Notes under the pieces: generated by a model
Told to the model about the DNA's origin: nothing
Seen by the model: only the letters and a program-made list of their open reading frames with translations
Databases searched by the model: none
Program-made: the position numbers and the translations under genes
From: Nannocystis bainbridge
GTDB taxonomy: Bacteria; Myxococcota_A; Polyangia; Nannocystales; Nannocystaceae
Assembly: GCF_028368995.1 (NCBI RefSeq)
Contig: NZ_JAQNDL010000002.1
Location: forward strand, 1,600,001 to 1,664,000
Length of the DNA stretch: 64,000 nucleotides
Direction: 5' to 3'
Part shown: positions 1-8,163 of the stretch, one piece after another
Layout: each line of letters begins with the position of its first letter
How positions within the stretch are numbered: the first letter of the stretch is position 1

Positions 1-1
1 C

Positions 2-76
2 ACCCTCCGCATCGAAGCCCGCGAGGGCGGCGGCACGGCCGTGATCCTGTGGATCCCGCGCCTGGCAGCCGCCTGA
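2..76 (+). CDS. 3' end of a probable sensor histidine kinase (HATPase_c C-terminus), truncated by window edge
   Basis: Frame from base 2 reads TLRIEAREGGGTAVILWIPRLAAA*, resembling the final GxGT strand of HATPase_c; TGA at 74-76. Confidence 0.6.
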   Translation, partial: TLRIEAREGGGTAVILWIPRLAAA

Positions 77-82
77 CCCGAA

Positions 83-148
83 GAGCATGCGCGAACGGCC
101 ATGCTCGAAAGGGCATGTCCCCGAGGACATGCCCTCCGGGACACGCTC
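83..148. repeat. 14-bp-period palindrome array (GGACATGTCC-like), 5 units
   Basis: CATG at 86, 100, 114, 128 and CACG at 142; lies between convergent genes. Confidence 0.85.
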
Positions 149-157
149 AGCCGGCGC

Positions 158-640
158 CTACAGGTTCGACTGGATCTCCTTGAACAGGCGCTGCCACAGC
201 TCGCGCTCGCCCTCCGGCCCCTCGAGCACCCACACCTTGTCGCCGCTGACGTCGCGCTCGCCCATGAAGACCTTGGGATCCGCGGTGACCGCCGTGCTCG
301 CCCCGTCGCTCGACTCGAGGCGGAGGTAGTACTGGCGGGTGAAGTCGATCGCCTGCGCCGAGTAGTTCCCGCCCACCGCCATCGCGCGGATGAACTTCCG
401 CTCGGTCTTGATGATCCCCTTCTCCTCGTTCGCCACCGCGATGGGATAACCGAGCGTCTTGAGGGCGTCGAGCGTGGCCTTGAACACCTCCGCGGGCGGG
501 TCCGCGAAGGTATGCGTGCCATGGGTCTGGACCTCCTCCGGCGTGATGACCGAGGCCTTGCTACCGGCGCAGCCTGTGAGCAGCGGAGCCCCGGCCAGGG
601 GCAGCGTGAGGACAATGGAACCTACGAGATTACGGAGCAT
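158..640 (-). CDS. Hypothetical lipoprotein
   Basis: Signal peptide with lipobox LTGC; ATG at 640 preferred over 658. Confidence 0.8.
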   Translation of the reverse strand: MLRNLVGSIVLTLPLAGAPLLTGCAGSKASVITPEEVQTHGTHTFADPPAEVFKATLDALKTLGYPIAVANEEKGIIKTERKFIRAMAVGGNYSAQAIDFTRQYYLRLESSDGASTAVTADPKVFMGERDVSGDKVWVLEGPEGERELWQRLFKEIQSNL

Positions 641-689
641 CGCACCGGACGGTATCACCCGTGTCGCCCGGCGCCAATCATCGCGCCCG

Positions 690-1430
690 TCAGAACCCGA
701 TCTTGCGCATCACGAAGCGCGGCAGCCAGCGGATCACCAGCATCACCCAGCGCCAGATCGACGGCGTGTACACCACCGGCAGCCCGCCGTCGATCGCCCG
801 CAGCACCTGCTGGGCCACCGCCTCCGGCTCACCCGCGAACGGCGGCGGCTTCAGGCCCGCGGTCATCCCCGTCTTCACGAACCCGGGCTTGACCGTCACC
901 GTCTTCAGCCCTTGCGCGCGGAACTTGTGGTCGAGCCCCTCGAGGTAGCGCGACAGCCCGGCCTTGGCCGCCCCGTACAGCACCACAGGCTTGCGCCCGC
1001 GCTCGCCGGCCACCGACGAGAACACGCACAGCGTCCCGCCCCCGCGCGCCAGCAGCCGCTTGCGCGCGTGCTCGCAGAACACCACCGTGCCGGTGAAGTC
1101 GACCGCCAGCACCTGCTCCGCCAGCGCCGCGTCGGCCTCCATCGCCTCCTGCGTGGCGAACAGCCCGGCCGTCACCACCACCGTGTCGAACCCGCCGAGC
1201 GCCGCCTCGGCAGCGTCGAGCGCCGCCGCGAACGTCGACGACACCGCAAGGTCGCACGCGTGCGTCCCGACGACTGCGTGCTGCGGGTGTCGGGCCGCCA
1301 GGTCGGCCGCGCTGCGCTGCAGCTCCTCGGCCTCGCGCCCGAGCAAGAACAGCTGATCGCCGCGCTCGCTCATCCGTCGCGCCAGCGCGCGGCCCATCCC
1401 CTTGGTGGCTCCGAGGAACACCACTCGCAT
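690..1430 (-). CDS. SDR-family oxidoreductase, DprE2-like
   Basis: GATKGMG Rossmann motif, SSVAG, YGAAK (YxxxK), KPGFVKTGMT; directly downstream of a DprE1-like gene. Confidence 0.85.
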   Translation of the reverse strand: MRVVFLGATKGMGRALARRMSERGDQLFLLGREAEELQRSAADLAARHPQHAVVGTHACDLAVSSTFAAALDAAEAALGGFDTVVVTAGLFATQEAMEADAALAEQVLAVDFTGTVVFCEHARKRLLARGGGTLCVFSSVAGERGRKPVVLYGAAKAGLSRYLEGLDHKFRAQGLKTVTVKPGFVKTGMTAGLKPPPFAGEPEAVAQQVLRAIDGGLPVVYTPSIWRWVMLVIRWLPRFVMRKIGF

Positions 1431-1477
1431 GCCCCGCGAGGCTCGCAGGTGCCGCGCACCGGCGCAAGGGCTCGCGC

Positions 1478-2815
1478 TCAGGGCGGGTCGCCGAACATCC
1501 GCACCGACTGGGCCGAGCGGACCACCCGCTGCGGGTCGATGCGATCACGCACCGCCAGGAACTGCGGCAGCCGCGGGTCCATCGCCGCGTAGTGGTCCGG
1601 CCGGGTGAACGCGTCCTTCGACAGGTAGATGCGCCCGCCCTCGGCGATCACCAGCTCGTTGAGCGCGTCGATCAACCTCTGCGTGTCGTCGCGGACCGCG
1701 AAGTCGACCGCGATCGAGATCCCCGGGCGGAGGAAGCTGAGCATCCCCTGCCCCTCCGCCGCCGCGTCCTTGATCACGCACAGGAACGACGCCCCGCCGC
1801 GGCGCGTCAGCAGATCGAGGAAGCGACGGGCCGCGCCGTGACCGGCCTCCTCCGGCAGCACGCACTGGTACTGCGTGAACCCGCGACGGCCGTAGATGCG
1901 GTTCCACTGCAGGATCGCGTCGAGCGGGTAGAAGAAGCTGTCGGGGTGGCACAGCTTCTTCTTCACCCGCGGCACGTGGCGCCAGTACCACATCGTGTTG
2001 AACGCCTGCGTCGTCAGCTTCCAGCGCAGCACCCACTCGGGGAACATGACCGGCAGCGTCAGCCGGCGCGTGACCGGCAGCGATCGCCCGCCCGTCTCCT
2101 CCGGCGTGGCCCAGCGCCCGCGGTCGAGCAGCCCGCGGCCCATGTGCTTGCCGCGCGACAGGCAGTCGATCCACCCGACGGTGAACGGCCACGACTTGCC
2201 CGCCTCCTTGAGGCCGGCGATGAACTGATCGATGTCGTCGACCCGCTCGGACTCGCTCCAGATCCACGGCGACGGGATCGCCTGCGTCTGGCACTCGACC
2301 TCGAGGATGTGTCCCGTGAGGCCCATCCCGCCGACGGTGGCCCAGAACAGCTCGGGGTCGCGCTCCGGTGAACATTCGACCAGGTCGCCCGAAGGCAAGC
2401 GCATGCGCAGCGAGCGGACGTGACGCGATCCGAAGCAGCCGTGGCTGTGATGGCCCTTGCCGTGGACATCGGACGCCACCATGCCGCCGAGAGTCACGAA
2501 CTGCGTGCCCGGCGTCGAGCCGATGAACCACCCGCGGCGCAGGAACAAGCGGTTGAATTCCCACAGCGAGAAGCCCGCCTCCGCGCGCAGCAGCCCCGTC
2601 TGGCCGTCCCAGTGGAGGATGCGATCGGCCAGGCGCGTGCCCACGACCTCGCGGTGCGACGGCGGCGGCAGCGAAGAATCGCCGTAGGAGCGGCCGAGCC
2701 CGCGGCTGAGCACTGCCGCACGCGTCGCGCGCTCGAGATCCTCGCTCAACAATTCGCGCCCGGGCACTGCGAGGTTGCCCCATCCCGCCACTGTCGGCTC
2801 GCCGCGGTCGCTCAC
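1478..2815 (-). CDS. FAD-binding oxidoreductase, DprE1-like (decaprenylphosphoryl-ribose oxidase family)
   Basis: RGLGRSYGD, TPGTQFVTLGGMVASDVHGK, FFYPLD, GFTQYQ and GGRIYLSKD motifs typical of DprE1. Confidence 0.88.
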   Translation of the reverse strand: MSDRGEPTVAGWGNLAVPGRELLSEDLERATRAAVLSRGLGRSYGDSSLPPPSHREVVGTRLADRILHWDGQTGLLRAEAGFSLWEFNRLFLRRGWFIGSTPGTQFVTLGGMVASDVHGKGHHSHGCFGSRHVRSLRMRLPSGDLVECSPERDPELFWATVGGMGLTGHILEVECQTQAIPSPWIWSESERVDDIDQFIAGLKEAGKSWPFTVGWIDCLSRGKHMGRGLLDRGRWATPEETGGRSLPVTRRLTLPVMFPEWVLRWKLTTQAFNTMWYWRHVPRVKKKLCHPDSFFYPLDAILQWNRIYGRRGFTQYQCVLPEEAGHGAARRFLDLLTRRGGASFLCVIKDAAAEGQGMLSFLRPGISIAVDFAVRDDTQRLIDALNELVIAEGGRIYLSKDAFTRPDHYAAMDPRLPQFLAVRDRIDPQRVVRSAQSVRMFGDPP

Positions 2816-2823
2816 GCGTCTGC

Positions 2824-2856
2824 AGTGTAGAGCAGCGTTCGCCCGTCCGCTATGCT
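2824..2856. promoter_or_regulatory. Back-to-back -10-like hexamers for divergent, probably leaderless genes
   Basis: TACACT on - strand (2829-2824), 8 nt before GTG 2815; TATGCT (2851-2856), 6 nt before GTG 2863. Confidence 0.55.
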
Positions 2857-2862
2857 CGCGCC

Positions 2863-3474
2863 GTGCCCGCGGACAGCAGCGCCAAGATCACGATCGTAAG
2901 CGGCTCCAGCCGGCTCGAGAGCCGCGTTCACGCCGTGGTCGGCATCGCCGCCGACACCGCCCGAGCCGCCGGCGCCGAGGTCGAGGTCGTCTCGCTCCAC
3001 GACCTCGGCCTCCCCGTGATGGTCTATGGCGACCGCAGCCAGGACGATCTGCCCGGCGTGCAGACGATCCGCCGCCACGCCGCCTGGGCCGACGGCTTCG
3101 TCATCTGCACGCCCGAGTACCACGGCAACATGTCGGGCTGCCTCAAGAACTGGTTCGACTTCCTCTACGAAGAGCTCGCCGGCAAGTTCGCCGGCGTGCT
3201 CGCCGTCACCGGCGGCGGCGGCGGCGACATGTCGATCACCGCGGTGAAGACCAGCTTCGCCTGGTGTCACGGCTTCACCCTGCCGTACCACGTGGCCGCG
3301 CGATCCGTCGATTTCGACGTCGAGGGCAACCTCTGCAACAACCTCGTCGCCGACCGGATCCGCCGCGTCGCCTACGACGTCGTCCGCTACGCCCCGGTCG
3401 TGCGCGGCACCTTCGAAGCGGCCCGTCGCCTCGGCCCCGGCGTCGAGGCGGGCGTCGCCGGCGCCCACACGTAG
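2863..3474 (+). CDS. NADPH-dependent FMN reductase
   Basis: GSSR N-terminal motif and TPEYHGNMSGCLKNWFD flavodoxin-like signature. Confidence 0.88.
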   Translation: MPADSSAKITIVSGSSRLESRVHAVVGIAADTARAAGAEVEVVSLHDLGLPVMVYGDRSQDDLPGVQTIRRHAAWADGFVICTPEYHGNMSGCLKNWFDFLYEELAGKFAGVLAVTGGGGGDMSITAVKTSFAWCHGFTLPYHVAARSVDFDVEGNLCNNLVADRIRRVAYDVVRYAPVVRGTFEAARRLGPGVEAGVAGAHT

Positions 3475-3609
3475 CCGCGACGCGCCTCGCCTCGCGCCAC
3501 GCCTCGCCGGAGCCTCGCGCGGAGGTCGCCATCGGCCCCGCTCGCGCGTGCTGCAACTCTCGCGGCCGCGATCGTGAGCGCGCGGGCGCGTGATATCGTG
3601 CCCGGCGTC

Positions 3610-4089
3610 ATGACCACGTCCATCGAAGGCGCCCCTGCCGGGCTCGTCGTCGCCGACGAGCAGGCCGCCGCCGTCCACTTTCTCGTCGACGAGGAGCTCT
3701 ACCCGCTCCCCGCGATCTACGGCGCCGCCTACGTCTTCATCGACCGCTGTTATGTCTTTTTGGACAGGCCCGAGCCCGCGCGCGTGCGCGTGGTCCTGAC
3801 CGCCAAGACGGGCGCGGCCGCCCCCGAGGCCCTGCGCGCGCTGATCGGCGAGTTCGCCAACGAGCTGCTCTCGTGCGCCTTCCGCCACCAGATCGCCCAG
3901 GACAACCGCGTCCTCATCGAGACCGCCACCATGCAGGCGCTGGCCGGCGCCATGGGCCAGCCCAGCCTCGACGACCTGGCCAAGTTCGACTTCAGCGACC
4001 AGGGCTTCGACGACCCGCTCGGGATCGCCATGTCGTGGGAAGAGAAGCACGGCCGCAAGGCGCCCAAGACCGGCGAGGGCGCGCCGTGA
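3610..4089 (+). CDS. hxsD: His-Xaa-Ser system protein HxsD
   Basis: YPLPAIYGAAYVFIDRCYV and GEFANELL..FRHQI resemble the HxsD family; upstream of an HxsB-like radical SAM gene; start could be 3574. Confidence 0.72.
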   Translation: MTTSIEGAPAGLVVADEQAAAVHFLVDEELYPLPAIYGAAYVFIDRCYVFLDRPEPARVRVVLTAKTGAAAPEALRALIGEFANELLSCAFRHQIAQDNRVLIETATMQALAGAMGQPSLDDLAKFDFSDQGFDDPLGIAMSWEEKHGRKAPKTGEGAP

Positions 4090-4313
4090 CCGACGTGCAC
4101 GAGCTCCGCTTCTCCCGTCAGCTCTACAGCGGCGAGGCCGTCGACCAGGCCGTCAAGGCGTTCGCCCGCTTCGCCGTCTTCGAGCTCGAGCAGACCGACG
4201 ACGCCTGGGTCGTGCGCATGACCCCGAGCGACCCGAACCTGGCCCGTCGCCTGCGCGGCGAGCTCGGCAACCACGCTCTCGGCCTCACCGTCCAGCGCGG
4301 AGGCGCCAAGTGA
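4086..4313 (+). CDS. Small HxsD-like protein (75 aa)
   Basis: MTDVHELRFSRQLYSGEAVDQAVKAF...GELGNHAL; GTGA overlaps with both neighbours; second copy of the LY...GE(F/L)xN pattern. Confidence 0.7.
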   Translation: MTDVHELRFSRQLYSGEAVDQAVKAFARFAVFELEQTDDAWVVRMTPSDPNLARRLRGELGNHALGLTVQRGGAK

Positions 4314-5818
4314 ACCTGTCCCTTCAGCCAGCCCCCGCGCTCGTGCAGCTGCGCCCGCGCGCCGGCACCCAGGCCTACTTCCGCTGGCGCGCCGTCGGCG
4401 ACCGGGTCCTCGTCACCAACCTCGAGGGCAACTGGCTGCTGCTGAGCCAGCCCGAGTTCGCCGCCTTCCTCGAGGGACATGTCCCCGAGGACAGCGACCT
4501 CCACGCCCGCCTCAAGGCCGGCAACTTCCTGCGCGCCCACTACGACGTGCGCGCCGCCGCCGAGCGGATCCGGGCCCGCAAGAGCTTCCTCGCCGGCGGC
4601 CCCAACCTGCACATCCTCGTCGTCACCCTCCGCTGCAACGAGACCTGCGTCTACTGCCACGCCTCGCGCGCCAACATGGATCAGGTCCACACGGACATGA
4701 CCCGCGAGACCGCCGAGCGCGCGATCGACCTGGTGTTCCGCAGCCCGAGCCCGTTCGTCACCATCGAGTTCCAGGGCGGCGAGCCGCTCGTCAACTTCGA
4801 CGTCGTCAAGCACGCCATCGAGTACGCCGTCGACCAGAACCGCGTCCACGGCAAGCGCCTGCAGTTCACGATGGTCTCGAACTTCGCCCTGCTCGACGAC
4901 GCCAAGCTCGAGTACCTGATCGAGCACCGCGTCCAGCTGTGCACCAGCATCGACGGGCCCGAGAAGCTGCACAACGCCCAGCGCAAGCTGCCGACCCAGG
5001 ACGCCCACCAGCGGGCGATCCGCTGGATCACCCGCATCAACCAGGCTTACGAGGCCGCCGGCCTCGACCCGACCCTCTACCACGTCGAGGCCCTGCTCAC
5101 GACCACGCGCGAGACCCTGCCGCTGTGGAAGGAGGTCGTCGACACCTACGTCGGCCTCGGCTGCAAGGCGCTGTTCCTGCGCGCCATCGACCCGTTCGGC
5201 TTCGCCGACCGCACCCGCAAGCGGCTCGAGTACCCGCGCCACGACTACATGCAGTACTACCGCCGCGCGGTCGACTACATGATCGAGCTCAACAAGCAGG
5301 GCGTGCAGATCCTCGAGCGCTACGCCAGCATCTTCCTGACCAAGATCCTGCGCGGCGAGGACCCCAATTTCCTCGACCTGCGCAGCCCCTCGGGCGCCGG
5401 CATCGGCGCGCTGGCCTACAACTACGACGGCCAGGTGTTCACCTGCGACGAGGGCCGCATGCTGCACGAGATGGGCGACGACACGTTCCACCTCGGCGAC
5501 GTGCGCACCAGCAGCTTCCGCGACCTGGTCGGCCACGAGACGGTGCGGGCGATGACCATCGCCTCCAACCTCGACGGCCAGCCCGACTGCGTCCACTGCA
5601 CCTACCAGCCCTACTGCGGCACCATCCCCAGCTTCAACCACAAGAGCCAGGGCTCGATCTTCGGCCGCATGCGCGAGAGCAACGTCTGCGCGGTCCACAA
5701 GGGCATCCAGGACTACCTGTTCGAGAAGCTGGCCGAGGCCGACCCCGAGACCCTGGCGATCTTCGACCGCTGGACCACCGTCCGCAGCCGCGACCACTTC
5801 GTCCAGCCGGCCCCGTGA
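4310..5818 (+). CDS. hxsB: His-Xaa-Ser system radical SAM maturase HxsB (SPASM-type)
   Basis: CNETCVYC (CxxxCxxC), EFQGGEP, DLRSPSGAGIG, FTCDEGRM and C-terminal CVHCTYQPYCG. Confidence 0.85.
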   Translation: MNLSLQPAPALVQLRPRAGTQAYFRWRAVGDRVLVTNLEGNWLLLSQPEFAAFLEGHVPEDSDLHARLKAGNFLRAHYDVRAAAERIRARKSFLAGGPNLHILVVTLRCNETCVYCHASRANMDQVHTDMTRETAERAIDLVFRSPSPFVTIEFQGGEPLVNFDVVKHAIEYAVDQNRVHGKRLQFTMVSNFALLDDAKLEYLIEHRVQLCTSIDGPEKLHNAQRKLPTQDAHQRAIRWITRINQAYEAAGLDPTLYHVEALLTTTRETLPLWKEVVDTYVGLGCKALFLRAIDPFGFADRTRKRLEYPRHDYMQYYRRAVDYMIELNKQGVQILERYASIFLTKILRGEDPNFLDLRSPSGAGIGALAYNYDGQVFTCDEGRMLHEMGDDTFHLGDVRTSSFRDLVGHETVRAMTIASNLDGQPDCVHCTYQPYCGTIPSFNHKSQGSIFGRMRESNVCAVHKGIQDYLFEKLAEADPETLAIFDRWTTVRSRDHFVQPAP

Positions 5819-5832
5819 CGCCCTGCGCGTTC

Positions 5833-5884
5833 GGACATGTCCCCGGGGGCATGCCCGAATGAACATGGTCGATCGCACATGTCG
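5833..5884. repeat. 14-bp-period palindrome array, 4 units
   Basis: CATG at 5836, 5850, 5864, 5878; convergent junction. Confidence 0.85.
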
Positions 5885-5909
5885 TCTGAGCCAGACGACG
5901 CCTCGACCG

Positions 5910-6245
5910 TCAGCCCTTCTCCGCCAGGTAGCGGAGCCAAAAGTCGACGTCGACGATGTTGTCCTCCGCGGTGATCTGCTCCGCGGTGCGCCGCCCGAGC
6001 CGCACGTTCAGCGCGTAGGCGGCGAGGTCGGCGGCGATGTGCCCGCGTCGCAGGCACTCGAGCAGATCGTCGATGCCGACCTCTTCCTGGCTCGCGTGCA
6101 CGATCGTGTTGGCCGCGGCGATATGGTCCAGCGGCGGCCGCTGGGGGTCGCGGATCGCCCGCAACGCTTCTGCCAGCTCCATCCTGTAGTCGCTGTGTTC
6201 CCGGCGCCTCGCTCGCCGGCGCGCACGGCTGTGACGGTGGCTCAT
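5910..6245 (-). CDS. Hypothetical protein
   Basis: 111-aa ORF directly downstream of the MFS fragment, with protein-like composition. Confidence 0.6.
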   Translation of the reverse strand: MSHRHSRARRRARRREHSDYRMELAEALRAIRDPQRPPLDHIAAANTIVHASQEEVGIDDLLECLRRGHIAADLAAYALNVRLGRRTAEQITAEDNIVDVDFWLRYLAEKG

Positions 6246-6252
6246 GCCGCCC

Positions 6253-7032
6253 TCAGCGCCCGCGCGCCAGCGGCCGCACTGCCAGCGTCAGCGCCAGGCC
6301 GACCAGCAGCGCCGCTGCCATGATCTGCAGCGTCGACGCGTAGAGCTCGACCCGCGCGCCGCCCGGCGGCAGCGCCTGCAGCCGCGCCTCGCGGATCGAC
6401 GTGATGAGGATCGGCCCCGCCACCCCCGCCGCGCTCCAGGCGGTCAGGATCACCCCGTGCACCGCGCCGACGTTGCGGGCCCCGAACATGTCGGCCAAAA
6501 ACGCCGGGATCGTCGCAAACCCGCCGCCGTACATCGTGAAGATCACGACCACTGCCAGCTGGAACAGCTGCCACTGCCCGCTCGCCGCCAGCTGCGGGAT
6601 CGCCAGGAACAGCCCCGCCTGGGCCGCGAAGAAGATCGAGAACACCGCCCGGCGGCCGATCCGGTCCGACAGCGAGGCCCAGAAGATGCGCCCGAACGCG
6701 TTGAAGCCGGCGATCACCGACACCATCGCCGCCGCCTGCTCGGGCGTGCGCTGGAACAGGTCCTGCATCATCGGCGACGCCTGGGCCAGGATCGAGATGC
6801 CGGCGCTGATGTTGATGAACAGCATCCCCCACAGCAGCCAGAACTGGCGCGTGCGGACCGCCATCGGCATCGTCAGCTCCGGCTCGCCGCCGGCCTGGAT
6901 GGCCTTCGGGACATGTCCATCCGGACACCAGCCGTCGGGCGGGCGGGCCAGCGAGCGCGCCGCGATCATCATCACCACGAAGTACACCGCCGCCAGGATC
7001 CACAGCGTCTCGGCCACCCCGACCGCCCGGAT
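6253..7032 (-). pseudogene. C-terminal half of an OFA-family (oxalate/formate antiporter-like) MFS transporter; N-terminal half missing
   Basis: QFWLLWGMLFINISAGI, FNAFGRIFWASLSDRIGRR, MYGGGFATIPAFLADMFG and VHGVILTAWS; begins at about TM6 right after the upstream gene's stop. Confidence 0.7.
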
Positions 7033-8001
7033 TCAGCCGACGACCACCGTCAGCGTCACCGACTCGAGCGTGCCCTTGTCGGCGAACGCCGAGTCGCCGG
7101 CGCAGAAGCGCCAGGTGCCCGCGGACGGCTCGCCGGTGAAGTCGCCGAAGTCTTCGCCGGGCCCGGCGCCGGGGCTCGGCGCGAACTCGCAGACCCCGTC
7201 GTCGCGGCACACCGCCTCGTCGATGCCGAGCGAGTGGCCCATCAGCTCGGCGTCGGTCCCGTCGTTGTGGAACGTCACCGGCCACACCGGATCGATGTCC
7301 GAATTATTGATGCTGTCGGACATCCCGTCGTCGGCCTCCTCGGCGCCGCCCGGCAGGCTCATCAGCGTCAGCACCGTGCCCTCCGGGCTCCACAGCTTGA
7401 ACACCAGGTCGCCGACGTGCGGGTGGTCGGCCCCGATCTTCATGCGCACGTCGTGCACCACCCCCTCCTTGGCGATCGCCAGGTCGACGCACACCATCGA
7501 GCTCTGGTTGCCGTCGTAGAGGTCACTCGGGATCATCAGGCCCAGGTTCTCCAGCACCACCTCGGTGTCCTCGCCCTGGCTCTCGAATTTACAGCTCGGA
7601 TCGCAGCCGTCGCCGGGGATCAGGTTGCCGTCGTCGCACTGCTCGACGTCGTCGCGCACCAGCCCGTCGCCGCAGGCCGCCAGCTCGCACCCGGCCGTGC
7701 AGGCGGCGTCGTCGGCGTTGGCGGCCCCGAGGTCGCACTCCTCTTCGCCCTCGACGATGCCGTTGCCACACATGTCCGAGGGGCCAGGTCCGCTCGAGCT
7801 CGTCGTCGCCTCGCTCGTGGTCGGGATCGCGGGGTCGGTCGTCGTCGTCGGCTCCGTCTCCGCGCCGCTGGTCGTGCTCGTGCTCGTGCTCGCCGAGGTC
7901 ACGCCGCTCGCCGACATGCCGACCGACAGCCCGGTGTCGGCCTGGTCGTCGCCGCAAGCCGAGACCAACAACAGGAACGCGACGATGCTCCGCACGTGCA
8001 T
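7033..8001 (-). CDS. Lipoprotein with Myxococcus Cys-rich (DUF4215-like) repeats and a proprotein-convertase P-domain-like region
   Basis: Lipobox VSAC, Ser/Thr linker, CGNGIVEGEEECD / CDDGNLIPGDGC repeats, HPHVGDLVFKLWSPEGT...GTWRF. Confidence 0.8.
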   Translation of the reverse strand: MHVRSIVAFLLLVSACGDDQADTGLSVGMSASGVTSASTSTSTTSGAETEPTTTTDPAIPTTSEATTSSSGPGPSDMCGNGIVEGEEECDLGAANADDAACTAGCELAACGDGLVRDDVEQCDDGNLIPGDGCDPSCKFESQGEDTEVVLENLGLMIPSDLYDGNQSSMVCVDLAIAKEGVVHDVRMKIGADHPHVGDLVFKLWSPEGTVLTLMSLPGGAEEADDGMSDSINNSDIDPVWPVTFHNDGTDAELMGHSLGIDEAVCRDDGVCEFAPSPGAGPGEDFGDFTGEPSAGTWRFCAGDSAFADKGTLESVTLTVVVG

Positions 8002-8163
8002 GCCGCGGCGTATGGCACAGCCCCGCGCGCGTGCCAAGCGTGGCTGCCCTCGCTCGTGACGAGCCTTACGCCTGGCGACGCCGATGTCGGGCATCAACCT
8101 CTCGCGCCCATCGCCACGACGTCACCCTGATACCGGACGTGCAGGTCCGCCGGGCTCCAGGTG

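Noticed and set aside
111-134. Resemblance of the unit to the eukaryotic p53 half-site RRRCWWGYYY
   Set aside because: The textual match is real, but the DNA is clearly bacterial and no p53-like gene is present; treated as coincidence.
3480-3530. GCCTCGC micro-repeats upstream of hxsD
   Set aside because: Short, irregular and expected by chance in very GC-rich DNA.
5910-6245. Candidate HxsA precursor next to hxsB (MSHRHS...)
   Set aside because: No repeated His-x-Ser motif, opposite strand, and it looks like a small globular protein.
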